This document shows, piece by piece, positions 18,279 to 26,831 of a stretch of DNA of 46,451 nucleotides. Every line of letters begins with the position of its first letter. Within the stretch, counting starts at the first letter, position 1. The stretch spans positions 1 through 46,451 of the forward strand of contig QMWA01000002.1 of NCBI GenBank assembly GCA_003661385.1. The letters run 5' to 3'. The DNA comes from Thermoproteota archaeon (GTDB lineage Archaea; Korarchaeota; Korarchaeia; B14-G2). The position numbers and the translations under genes were made by a program. The notes beneath the pieces are model-generated. The model made no database searches. It was given only the letters and a program-made list of their open reading frames with translations, and was not told where the DNA came from.

Positions 18279-18376
18279 CGGGCCCGGAGGGACTCGAACC
18301 CTCGACCCCCGGGTCTGGGTTTGAAACTCCCCCACTGCTAAGAGCCCGGTGCTCTACCCAACTGAGCTACGGGCCC
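18279..18376 (-). tRNA. tRNA-Lys(CTT) with 24-nt insert at 37/38 (18315-18338), possibly two tandem introns
   Basis: CCGGG-CT-CTT-A[GCAGTGGGGGAG TTTCAAACCCAG]A-CCCGG; discriminator G. Confidence 0.87.
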
Positions 18377-18415
18377 TGGCTTGTTCCAAGATAAGGCTGC
18401 TTAAAAAGTTATTGA

Positions 18416-18513
18416 TGGACCGGGCGGGATTTGAACCCGCGACCTCCGCGTCTCTCAGGGTAGATGCGACACCGCTACCAGCGCGGCGATCTACCAGACT
18501 GATCTACCGGCCC
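18416..18513 (-). tRNA. tRNA-Ala(CGC) with introns at 32/33 (18470-18480) and 37/38 (18452-18464)
   Basis: G3:U70 pair; CCGCG-C[TGGTAGCGGTG]T-CGC-A[TCTACCCTGAGAG]A-CGCGG; helices CCGC/GCGG and CTCG/TGAG. Confidence 0.92.
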
Positions 18514-18548
18514 TACCTCTGGACTGCTAGTGGGGGTATAAATAGTTG

Positions 18549-19751
18549 CTACTCTATAGCGTATCGGAGTATAGCAGCAATCCCACCTAGCTTCTGTAGC
18601 TGTTCTCCCCATTCAGTTTTGTCTGTTACAATGACTAAGGTAGCCTTAGTTTGCGCTGCCTCTTCCTCTATCTTCTCCAGGAACTCTTCTCCTTTAGCCT
18701 CTGCTATGTCTGAGCCGCCACACTGAGGGCATCTTGGGCTTCTGTCTGGTTTAAAGAAGAAGCCGCAGCTGTTACATCGCGCAAGAACCTCGTCTGCAAG
18801 AGACTCCAAGACTACAAGCCTGTCAGCAGCTCTAACTAGGAGCGCCTTCTCTACAGGGACTATCCCGTAGGCAACAAGCCTGCTATCTTTAGATAGCCTC
18901 TCAAATACCTCTTGAACAGCTTCACGCTCCTTGTATATTCTAGCATCTGATAGCAGCGACCTGGACTTATAGATGGCCTCTCTGACACCAGTTTCTCCTG
19001 TGTATGCTGTATCAACGAGACCTATCACCTTCTGCTTTAACATGTAGTTCAAGTAGTCACCGTTAGCGAACTCCTCCTTAGCATCACCTGGGCCAGCTAT
19101 GATAATATGCTTGAGCTCCTTTATCGGAAGTAGCATCTTGTTTGCATGCTCACCAAGCCTGACATAATACCTCTTGACAGCCTCCTCCCTTCCTCTTTCA
19201 AACCTTCTCTGAGACTGGCCTCCAGCTCTGTGCTTACTCGGCACATCTGAGTTTAGCTCGTCAACTATCTTGTATGAAGCCCCCTTTATGACAGCTATTG
19301 CTGCACCACCTCTGTCCATGACTATCACAGCATAAACCTCCTTTTCCTCGAGCTGGGCTTCCAGAGGTTCTAGGTAGAACTCTGAGCTACACCTGTAAAT
19401 GAAAGACGTGATGGGTTCAGGGGGCTCTATCGCAATAAGCTCTATCTTCTCCTCTCCACGGACGTTACCATAGGATACTGCCCCACAGAATATCGCTAGA
19501 CCATTTTCTGGAGTCGATCTATAGAGCTTGAGGTGCTGGAGTATCGACTTAATTGCAGCCTGCACATTCTTCCTGGTATTCTTGTCCTTTATGTTAGCAG
19601 CTTGGCTGTACTCAAATCTCAGGTACCTGGTGACTTCATGTAGGTTCCTTCCAGCAGGTATGTACAGCGATATGAGCTCTGTTCCCCACCCTCTCTTGGA
19701 CTTAAGCTCCTTCAGCAACCTCTTTAGGTGGAGCTTGCTGACCCTGGTCAT
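18549..19751 (-). CDS. prf1: peptide chain release factor aRF1
   Basis: GTELISLYIP, NIKD, YxCxxxF (YRCSSEF), GGQS and GGIAAILRY motifs; ATG 19751 follows a GGTGA SD. Confidence 0.97.
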   Translation of the reverse strand: MTRVSKLHLKRLLKELKSKRGWGTELISLYIPAGRNLHEVTRYLRFEYSQAANIKDKNTRKNVQAAIKSILQHLKLYRSTPENGLAIFCGAVSYGNVRGEEKIELIAIEPPEPITSFIYRCSSEFYLEPLEAQLEEKEVYAVIVMDRGGAAIAVIKGASYKIVDELNSDVPSKHRAGGQSQRRFERGREEAVKRYYVRLGEHANKMLLPIKELKHIIIAGPGDAKEEFANGDYLNYMLKQKVIGLVDTAYTGETGVREAIYKSRSLLSDARIYKEREAVQEVFERLSKDSRLVAYGIVPVEKALLVRAADRLVVLESLADEVLARCNSCGFFFKPDRSPRCPQCGGSDIAEAKGEEFLEKIEEEAAQTKATLVIVTDKTEWGEQLQKLGGIAAILRYAIE

Positions 19752-19797
19752 CTCACCTCTACCTTCTACAGCCCTACTTGGTACCTCTATGTGTACC

Positions 19798-19995
19798 TTA
19801 AAAGCTAGCACTCAGCTTACGAGCCAGCAGAGGAAGAAGGAAGCCGACGAGAATCATCACATCGACTACAAGATAGAGTAGCCTGAGCTCTGGCCGGTGT
19901 CTTAGCATTTCGAGCTGATACTTCAGTAGGAGGACAAACAGTGCAACGAAAGCAATGGATATGAAGACTCTAACATCCTCTACCTTCATACACAC
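19798..19995 (-). CDS. small two-TM membrane protein
   Basis: 65 aa with two hydrophobic helices; fills the gap between genes. Confidence 0.6.
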   Translation of the reverse strand: MCMKVEDVRVFISIAFVALFVLLLKYQLEMLRHRPELRLLYLVVDVMILVGFLLPLLARKLSASF

Positions 19996-20059
19996 CCTCG
20001 TGAGGTCTACTCTGAATGTTTATTACCTCTCAGTTAAGCGAAAATATAGGGTGGTGGTA

Positions 20060-20230
20060 ATGGAAACCAGATGCCCATGGTGTGGGGCGTCTATATCGGT
20101 TTCACCATCAGTAACGAAGTTCTGCCCAGTGTGCAGGATGCCGATAATAGTCAAGGTGGTTAAGGGAGCTGGAGGAACCTTCTCGATAGTAGTACAGCAG
20201 GACAGAAGACCCTCTAGGGCAAGGAGGTAG
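20060..20230 (+). CDS. small zinc-ribbon protein
   Basis: METRCPWCG...FCPVC; GGTGG SD-like sequence before ATG 20060. Confidence 0.7.
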   Translation: METRCPWCGASISVSPSVTKFCPVCRMPIIVKVVKGAGGTFSIVVQQDRRPSRARR

Positions 20231-20236
20231 AGCTGG

Positions 20237-21052
20237 GTGAGGATAAGGAAACGAGACATAGCCTACCACATAGGAAAAATAGCATATAGAATAGCGACCA
20301 TAGGAATACCACTCTATGAGAGATATCTGCTCGGCAAGATAGAAAGGAGAGGGGAGCTGCCCAATCACATCGGGATCATTCCAGATGGAAATAGAAGGTA
20401 TGCTAGAGAAGCCGGGATACCTCTGAAGGAAGCCTACGAGAAGGGAGCAGAGAAGCTTAGAGAAGTCCTTGAATGGTGCCTGGAGCTGGGGATAAAATGC
20501 GTGACAGTCTATGCCTTCTCAACAGAAAACTTCCAGAGGCCTAGGGATCAGGTGGAGACGGTAATGGAGCTCTTAACTGAAAAGATAGTCGAGGTTGCAG
20601 ACCACCCACTCGTACACAAGAACAGGGTGAGAATTAAGGTCATTGGGAGGAGAGATATCCTTCCAGAGAAGCTCAGGGAGGCTATAGGATACGCTGAGAA
20701 CAAGACAAGAGACTATAGTGACAGATATCTGAACATAGCAATAGGATATGGTGGGAGAGCTGAGCTGGTTGATGCTGTGAGAAAGATAGCTGAAGATGTG
20801 AAGAGAGGTATGCTCAGCCCCAACCAAATAGACGAGGAAGTGGTCAGCAAGTACCTTTATACGGCAGGGCTTCCGGATCCAGACCTGATAATAAGGACAT
20901 CTGGAGAAGAGAGGCTCTCTGGGTTCCTGCTCTGGCAGTCAGCTTACTCTGAGCTATACTTCTGCGATGTCTACATACCTAAGTTCAGGAAGATCGACTT
21001 TCTGCGAGCAATACGAGTTTATCAGCAGAGGCACAGGAGATTCGGTAGATAG
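20237..21052 (+). CDS. uppS: cis-prenyltransferase (polyprenyl diphosphate synthase)
   Basis: HIGIIPDGNRRYA, FSTENF.R, YGGR.E and IRTSGE.RLSGFLLWQ motifs. Confidence 0.97.
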   Translation: MRIRKRDIAYHIGKIAYRIATIGIPLYERYLLGKIERRGELPNHIGIIPDGNRRYAREAGIPLKEAYEKGAEKLREVLEWCLELGIKCVTVYAFSTENFQRPRDQVETVMELLTEKIVEVADHPLVHKNRVRIKVIGRRDILPEKLREAIGYAENKTRDYSDRYLNIAIGYGGRAELVDAVRKIAEDVKRGMLSPNQIDEEVVSKYLYTAGLPDPDLIIRTSGEERLSGFLLWQSAYSELYFCDVYIPKFRKIDFLRAIRVYQQRHRRFGR

Positions 21053-21084
21053 CTAAAATTACTGGAGCAGTTAGAAGCGGTGGG

Positions 21085-21456
21085 ATGACCATGGCAGCCA
21101 CTTCAGTTCCACACGAACTCCAGGAGAAGTATAAGAAGGTTGAAGATCTGGCCAGGCAACTCAGGAACATGACTGCCACTCTCAGAATGGTGCAGGAAAA
21201 CCTAGAACAGCTTGAGAACACGCTTGCTAGGCTTGAGGAGACACCAGAGGATGCTAGGATCTTCGAGAGCATAGGCAGCTTCCTAGTAGAGACGGAGAAA
21301 AGCAAGGCTGTAGCCAAGCTTAGAGAGCAGATTGAGAAGTATAGAGCGTATATAAAGGGGCTTAAGAAGAGAATTAAGGAAGCTGAAAAGGAGTATAATA
21401 CGCTCGCACAAGAGCTCATAACAAGGGAAACAGCTCCACCAACTACTGCTGGATAA
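21085..21456 (+). CDS. pfdB: prefoldin beta subunit
   Basis: Coiled coils flanking an IFESIGSFLVE beta hairpin; about 120 aa. Confidence 0.82.
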   Translation: MTMAATSVPHELQEKYKKVEDLARQLRNMTATLRMVQENLEQLENTLARLEETPEDARIFESIGSFLVETEKSKAVAKLREQIEKYRAYIKGLKKRIKEAEKEYNTLAQELITRETAPPTTAG

Positions 21457-22855
21457 GCCTCTCTAGCGCTTCTTCGAACATCTCCATGAACTTCTCAGCT
21501 AGAGCGTGGGGTATTTGGCCGCCAGCAGCCTGAGCATGCCCTCCTCCCTCCCCACCTAGCCTACTGCATACCTCACGCATTATTGCCCCGAGATTTGGAG
21601 CTGTTCTGCTGGGGGTAAGCCGAGCAGATATCTTCACTTTGCCATCGTCTGATCTCGCCAGCCCTACTACAGCAACTGCATAGCTGAATTCTCTGAACCC
21701 GCTCATTATGGTCGTTACTGTGCTTATTATAGTATCTCTTATATCTGAGGCCCCTAGCAGGAACACAGCTTTAGCAGCCTTCACTATCCTGCTCTCCCTA
21801 TTGGACATGAGGAGGGATATGGCTTTCCTGAGATCTTCCCTGTATGATGACATGATCTCTCGGCATCTATCTGCATAGAGGCCTGGAGATATGGATGCTA
21901 GGATAGCTAAAGCCCCATGCCCCATTTTACCACATGCGTTTAATGTCTCACTCATGCTCCTCAAGTCATGAAAGATGTTAAAGCTGGATTTTTCGGTTAT
22001 TGGATAGGTGTATCCGAATATGCTCTTTGCCTCCTCTTCGCTTAGACCTACAGCTATCATGTACTTTACCAACTCTGTTGCAAGCCTCTTCTTCTCAGAG
22101 TCGCTTAAGTCCGACAGCTTTGTCCACCTTTCCTCTCTAAATGGCTGTATCCCGAGGTCGTATAGGAACTTGTAGCACCTGCTTTCGTCTCCAGTTAAGC
22201 CAGGTATGAACGGGTTACTTGTGTTTAGTAGAGCGAAAAGGAGGGGAGTATCGCTTCCTCCAGATAGTCTAAGGTCTAGCTTCTGCCTAACAACGCCTAG
22301 CCTCATGCATTCCTCTAGTATCTCCCTGTTTACACCGAGGAAGCTCCCTTTCTCGCCTTTATCCTGCAAATCTCCCATGGCACCTGCTAAGGCCAGTACA
22401 GCGCTATCGGGATCGCTCTGCAGGCTGGAGAAGATCAGATACGTGAGCCCTGAGCTACTTACCTCTAATCCGCCATTTACACTATACATCCAGGCATTGA
22501 CATGGACCACATTCTCTGGCTGGCTTAAGTTAGGTACCTGATGGTGGTCTATGACTATAACCGGCTTATTCACACTCGACAGAGCATCCACATGTGCAGA
22601 TCCCAAGTCTAAGAGCATGACGACATCATATGCTGACGACTCTACTGAAGCTAGAGACGAGACCATGCTTCTCTCAAGCTGCTTGAGGGGGGTGTAGTGG
22701 AAGAAAACTCCTCTCTTGAACAAGTACCGGCAGGCTATTCCAGCTGAAGATAGGCCATCAGCATCTATGTGAGATAACACTCTGACGCATGCTGCTTCAC
22801 TCAGTATACTCTCGACTTTAGACACAGCGTCTGCTAGCTGGTCTCTTATATCCAT
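21443..22855 (-). CDS. DHH family RecJ/GAN-like phosphoesterase
   Basis: SHIDADG, DLGS, IDHH, GDLQ and GGGH..AAG motifs; downstream of rps15. Confidence 0.93.
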   Translation of the reverse strand: MDIRDQLADAVSKVESILSEAACVRVLSHIDADGLSSAGIACRYLFKRGVFFHYTPLKQLERSMVSSLASVESSAYDVVMLLDLGSAHVDALSSVNKPVIVIDHHQVPNLSQPENVVHVNAWMYSVNGGLEVSSSGLTYLIFSSLQSDPDSAVLALAGAMGDLQDKGEKGSFLGVNREILEECMRLGVVRQKLDLRLSGGSDTPLLFALLNTSNPFIPGLTGDESRCYKFLYDLGIQPFREERWTKLSDLSDSEKKRLATELVKYMIAVGLSEEEAKSIFGYTYPITEKSSFNIFHDLRSMSETLNACGKMGHGALAILASISPGLYADRCREIMSSYREDLRKAISLLMSNRESRIVKAAKAVFLLGASDIRDTIISTVTTIMSGFREFSYAVAVVGLARSDDGKVKISARLTPSRTAPNLGAIMREVCSRLGGEGGGHAQAAGGQIPHALAEKFMEMFEEALERLIQQ

Positions 22856-22870
22856 GTAGGATCCTCGAAG

Positions 22871-23326
22871 CTAGATGGTCAGGTACCGCTTCAGATCCCA
22901 GTCTGGTGGAAGCACACCTTCACGCTTGTAGTACTTGACTAGCCTTCTTATCTTGGCTTCTACTAGCTGGAGGTTCCTCTTATTGTGGATGTCTTTCTTA
23001 TGCTCCTTGAGGTGCCTCATTATTCTCTTTGCCTTGTTTATGAGGTTGGAAAGGTCCTCAGGAATAGGAGGAGCTAAGCCGTGCTTCTCCAGTATTCTGG
23101 TGAGTTTAACCCCGAGTACCCTCTTAACCAGAGGTACACCATAGCTGTCTCTTAGGATAAGGCCTATCTGCGAGGGAGGAACGCCTCTCTTAGCTAGATC
23201 TACGATTATCTCCTCTATCTCTGCAGCTTTTATCCTAGTCCAGTTGGGGACTACTGTTGGAGGCGGCCTGTTGGAGTGAGATTGCCCTTTTCTCCTAGCA
23301 TGCATTCTGCCCATTCTTTCCCTCAC
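22871..23326 (-). CDS. rps15: 30S ribosomal protein S15 (uS15)
   Basis: RMHARRKGQS.S.RP, IG.ILRD.YG.P, PEDL..L and KIRRL.KYYK motifs. Confidence 0.97.
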   Translation of the reverse strand: MRERMGRMHARRKGQSHSNRPPPTVVPNWTRIKAAEIEEIIVDLAKRGVPPSQIGLILRDSYGVPLVKRVLGVKLTRILEKHGLAPPIPEDLSNLINKAKRIMRHLKEHKKDIHNKRNLQLVEAKIRRLVKYYKREGVLPPDWDLKRYLTI

Positions 23327-23896
23327 CTAGCCTTGTGTCCACGAGGATATATATTCTGCTAGCTTTCTCAGAGCTTTTGCTCTGTGGGATACCCTGTTCT
23401 TTTGAGGCCCCATCTCAGCGTAGGTTTCTCCAGACCCCTCTAGTGGGGCAAATATCGGGTCAAATCCCCATCCCGTGTTCCCACGCTCCTCTAGCGTAAT
23501 GTACCCGCTTACCTCAGCCTCCACTATGTGAACTCTATCAGAGGAATCTACCAGAGCCAGTACAGACCTGAACTTAGCTCGTCTATCCTTTACTCCGCTC
23601 ATAAGCTTTAGGATACCCCTACACCCGAGGGTCTTGTATACATAGGAGGAGTATGGGCCAGGAAACCCCCTTAACACGTGGATCTCTAGCGCAGAGTCCT
23701 CTATGAAAAATGGACGGTAGCTTAACTCTCTTGACAGCATCCTAGCACTCTCTGCTGCAACTTCTCTCACATTGCTCCTCTGAACCTCAGTATACTCTTT
23801 TAGACAGATGTCTACAGGAACTCCTAGAGAAGCTAAGATCTGTTTACACTCACTAGCCTTATTCTTATTTGAGGTGATAAACAAGAGAGGCCTCAA
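23327..23896 (-). CDS. rdgB: Ham1/RdgB dITP/XTP pyrophosphatase
   Basis: TSNKNK, EDS.L..L.GFPGPYS, GWGFDPIF and SHR motifs. Confidence 0.95.
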   Translation of the reverse strand: MRPLLFITSNKNKASECKQILASLGVPVDICLKEYTEVQRSNVREVAAESARMLSRELSYRPFFIEDSALEIHVLRGFPGPYSSYVYKTLGCRGILKLMSGVKDRRAKFRSVLALVDSSDRVHIVEAEVSGYITLEERGNTGWGFDPIFAPLEGSGETYAEMGPQKNRVSHRAKALRKLAEYISSWTQG

Positions 23897-24519
23897 GCTC
23901 TATACCTCCCTCTGCTATAGATTTCACCTGCCCTCTTCAAGACAGGGGCTGCAGCAGCCCCTCTAACCTCCGTGTAGCCTTTGTTAAATAGGGACACCCC
24001 ATCATGGTAGATGTTGGGGTGAGTAGAGTCTATGCAACGGTAGAGGAGGTGTATGTCCTCACCTTGGTCCTCAATCCTATTAGAGTAGAAGCTAAGCCCA
24101 AAGTCTATCAGATAGAGCCTTCCTCTGGATAATATGACGTTTGATGTGGTTAGATCGCCGTGAATTATTCCAACAGAGTGGAGCTTACCGATCATCGCCC
24201 CGAGATCTCTTAGAAGGAAGGTATTCTTGCTAGACAGTGTATTCCTTAGGGTTAAGCCTGGAATGTGCTCCATTACTATGGTAGCCTCATCTAAATCGAC
24301 ATAGAGGACAGCTGGACAGAGGACACCAGCTTGCTTTGCGTCACGCATGATCTTAGCTTCTAGCATGGTTCTATGTCTTCTTAGCTGTTCATCTAGCTCC
24401 TTTAACCTGTAGCCCTTAGGCTTTCTCACCTTGAAAACAGATGGAATCCCCAGGAAGACTCCCCTGATAAGTATAGCTTCGGCACCAGCAGCTATAACTT
24501 CATGCCTAGCTATCTCCAA
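23893..24519 (-). CDS. bud32: KEOPS kinase/ATPase Bud32
   Basis: GAEA, K.R.PK.YR...LD, HGDLTTSN, IDFGL and C-terminal RGRY. Confidence 0.95.
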   Translation of the reverse strand: MEIARHEVIAAGAEAILIRGVFLGIPSVFKVRKPKGYRLKELDEQLRRHRTMLEAKIMRDAKQAGVLCPAVLYVDLDEATIVMEHIPGLTLRNTLSSKNTFLLRDLGAMIGKLHSVGIIHGDLTTSNVILSRGRLYLIDFGLSFYSNRIEDQGEDIHLLYRCIDSTHPNIYHDGVSLFNKGYTEVRGAAAAPVLKRAGEIYSRGRYRA

Positions 24520-25213
24520 CCTTCTCTCCCTCTTAGCGGGACAAATGCCACAGCACCAGCCTTCTTGGTCGAAACGGATCCCTTAAGATCCTTCCTGACC
24601 ACGAGCAGCTCTTGGCCCCAGAGGGAGTGAGGAGGGCCTATTGGTATAACCATCAGACCACCAGGTGCCAACTGATCGACCAGAGGAGGAGGAACCCTTG
24701 GTGCAGCAGCAGTAACCAGAATCCTATCGTATGGAGCGTGAGGGGGATACCCAACACTTCCATCACCAACTATCACAACGACTCTATCTGAATATCCCGC
24801 AGATTTGAGGTTCTGGATTGCACGTTGGGCTAATATCTCATCTATCTCTATGGAGTACACCTTACCCCACTTAGATCTATCTACATCGAGGGGGGCTACT
24901 ATCTCAGCTATTGTGGCAGCATGGTATCCACTTCCAGTCCCAACCTCCAGCACCTTCATTCCCACGTCAAGCTCTAGGAGCTCATTCATCAGGCAAACCA
25001 TGTCTCGCCCGGCTTACAGCCGTGTGGCGCACTTATGGTTTGCCCTCTCCCTATGGGGAGCGGAATGTCATCGTAAGCCTGCTCTCTTAGGTCTTCTGGG
25101 ACGAAAAGCTCTCGCCTAACCCTTAGGAATGCCTTCTTGACCCTCTCAGTCTTTATAAAGCCTTCGGCCTGCAGTAGCCTGCATAGCTCAGCTCTCCTCT
25201 TATCAAAGCTCAC
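24510..25213 (-). CDS. pcm: protein-L-isoaspartate O-methyltransferase, split by a 20-nt BHB intron; join(25213..25024, 25003..24510), about 227 aa
   Basis: 5' part has V.R..FVP...[16 protein letters not shown]; 3' part has MV..M.ELL...[17 protein letters not shown]....APYDRI.VTAA and FVPL; the frames join after intron removal; start codon approximate. Confidence 0.92.
25004..25023 (-). other. BHB-type mRNA intron in pcm
   Basis: GTG-CGCC-AC/A-CGGCT GTA AGCCG-GGCG-AG/A-CAT: outer helix, 4-bp central helix, two 3-nt bulges and inner hairpin. Confidence 0.88.
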
Positions 25214-25259
25214 ATACACCCCCAGAATCTTTATGTGTATGCCTAAAATATTACCTGAG

Positions 25260-25676
25260 ATGCTGAAGGAGGAGATAATAGCCTGGGGACACCCTAACAT
25301 AACAGCAAGACATAGAACAACGTTTCAGGTGACAAAGGACCCTGAAATAACCAAGAGAGCAGACTGTGTGATAGGAGTTAAGGCTAATAAGGCATGTGCA
25401 GACCTTAGTGATGAGATGAAGCAGCACATAAAAGCAGGGAGGCTGCTGAGAATAAGAATACAGGCTGGAGGAGTTACCGATGAGATAATAGCGAGAGGAG
25501 CTAGAGGCGCTTCCCTCGCTAGTGAAAGAGACCTTGTAGTGAGGAAGTCAGCTTACATAGATGACAGGACGCTAGCAATCAAAGCCAATAAAGCTGCCAG
25601 AGAGATCGATAGGAGGATAATCAGACTAGTTAGGAGCCCAAATACAGTGATCAGGATCATAGTAGAGGCTATCTAG
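25260..25676 (+). CDS. DUF371 family protein
   Basis: GHPNI.A.H.TTF.VTKD..IT.R.DC.IGV.A.K, V.RKS.Y.D.RT and A.KAA..I.R motifs. Confidence 0.9.
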   Translation: MLKEEIIAWGHPNITARHRTTFQVTKDPEITKRADCVIGVKANKACADLSDEMKQHIKAGRLLRIRIQAGGVTDEIIARGARGASLASERDLVVRKSAYIDDRTLAIKANKAAREIDRRIIRLVRSPNTVIRIIVEAI

Positions 25677-25705
25677 CAGTGAACAAGAGATACATGCTGG
25701 GTGCT

Positions 25706-25717
25706 AAGCTTTAAAAC
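25706..25717 (+). promoter_or_regulatory. TATA box region of tRNA-Ile
   Basis: AAGCTTTAAAAC about 25-30 nt upstream of the tRNA; similar motif before tRNA-Arg. Confidence 0.6.
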
Positions 25718-25739
25718 CTACAGGTACTGGTAGCTAAGT

Positions 25740-25860
25740 GGGCCCGTAGCTCAGCCTGGGCGGTGGGGCAGTTAGAGCGCCCGATGTGTGAGGTGTAGCT
25801 GATAACCGGGAGTGTACTATACGTACACCGAGGTCGAGGGTTCAAGTCCCTCCGGGCCCA
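25740..25860 (+). tRNA. tRNA-Ile(GAT) with three introns: D-loop (25760-25771), 30/31 (25784-25797) and variable loop about 45/46 (25813-25832)
   Basis: Removing the three inserts gives GGGCCCG-TA-GCTC-AGCCTGGTTA-GAGC-G-CCCGG-CT-GAT-AA-CCGGG-AGGTC-GAGGG-TTCAAGT...; each insert has a BHB/BHL-like helix. Confidence 0.92.
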
Positions 25861-25863
25861 CTG

Positions 25864-26280
25864 GTGTCGGCATTGAGGTCAGGGAAGTTGCTTATAATAG
25901 ACTCCAGCCTCCTTATGGCCATAGCTGAGAAGAGAGGCTTGAGCTTAGATAGATTGTTCGAAGATACGCTCTACAAGTTTGAGCTCGCAACCACATCCTC
26001 TGTCCTGAATGAGCTGAAGAAGATGGCATCCAGTAAAGGAGGAAAGGCCTTAAAGGCCAGAGCTGCCCTCTCAATTGCTGAGAAACTTAGGATAGTTGAT
26101 AGCGTGACAGAGGATGTTGACACAGATGTCATAGAAGTAGCTGCGAAGTTAAGAGGCATTGTAGCAACATGTGACTTGGAGCTGAGGAGAAAAGCTATGA
26201 GAAGAGGGGTGCCTACACTGTTCCTCAGGAGTAGAAAAAGACTTATGGTCAACAGCCCGGTGGGAGGCTACCTCCCTTAG
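25864..26280 (+). CDS. PIN domain protein (Fcf1/Utp23-like)
   Basis: IIDSS.L, V..EL, D.D.DV and VAT.D.EL motifs; usual position upstream of rpoE1. Confidence 0.88.
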   Translation: MSALRSGKLLIIDSSLLMAIAEKRGLSLDRLFEDTLYKFELATTSSVLNELKKMASSKGGKALKARAALSIAEKLRIVDSVTEDVDTDVIEVAAKLRGIVATCDLELRRKAMRRGVPTLFLRSRKRLMVNSPVGGYLP

Positions 26281-26294
26281 ATCGGGTGTAGAAG

Positions 26295-26831
26295 ATGTTT
26301 CACATAGCAACATTCAGAGATACAGTCGAGGTAGAGCCTCACGAGCTCGGGGAAGAACTCGATAAGGTCGTGTTAGAGAGGCTTAGAAAAAGGTATTCAG
26401 ACAAGTTCATTCCAGGAATAGGGTATGTTGTTGAGGTATTAGGTGCAAAGAGGGAGAAGCTTGGGAGAGCTTCTCCTTTCGACGGAAACATATATTTCAG
26501 AGTACTCTTTGAAGCGCTTGTGTTCATGCCTGAGCTCATGGAGATAGTTGAAGGGGAAATCGTCTCAGTAGTAGACTATGGGATATTCGTGAATCTTGGG
26601 GCTGTACGCGCCCTAGTGCACATATCTCAGCTTGCAGACGACTACTTCAGCTACGATGGAAAGAACCTAGTAGGGAAGAAAGTTACCTTTAGCGTCGGGG
26701 ATATTGTGAGGGGGCGCGTCATAGCCATATCTAAATCCCGTGAAAGAGGAGAGAAAGTAAGGCTTAGAGTCAATCTCACATGTAGGCAGCCTGGACTAGG
26801 CAAGGTAAAAGGTGAACAGAGTGAGGCTTAA
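26295..26831 (+). CDS. rpoE1: RNA polymerase subunit E' (Rpo7)
   Basis: F.P.L.EIVEGEI...DYG.FVNLG...LVHISQ..DD, LTCRQPGLGK. Confidence 0.95.
   Translation: MFHIATFRDTVEVEPHELGEELDKVVLERLRKRYSDKFIPGIGYVVEVLGAKREKLGRASPFDGNIYFRVLFEALVFMPELMEIVEGEIVSVVDYGIFVNLGAVRALVHISQLADDYFSYDGKNLVGKKVTFSVGDIVRGRVIAISKSRERGEKVRLRVNLTCRQPGLGKVKGEQSEA

Noticed and set aside
18319..18327. TTTCAAA loop suggesting a tRNA-Sec (TCA) anticodon
   Set aside because: It lies within the insert; the tRNA body is a standard 7/5 type I tRNA with CTT correctly placed and no Sec features
24510..25300. pcm as a frameshifted pseudogene or as two genes
   Set aside because: The break is a clean 20-nt insert with full BHB geometry, and both halves keep all motifs, so an intron explains it better
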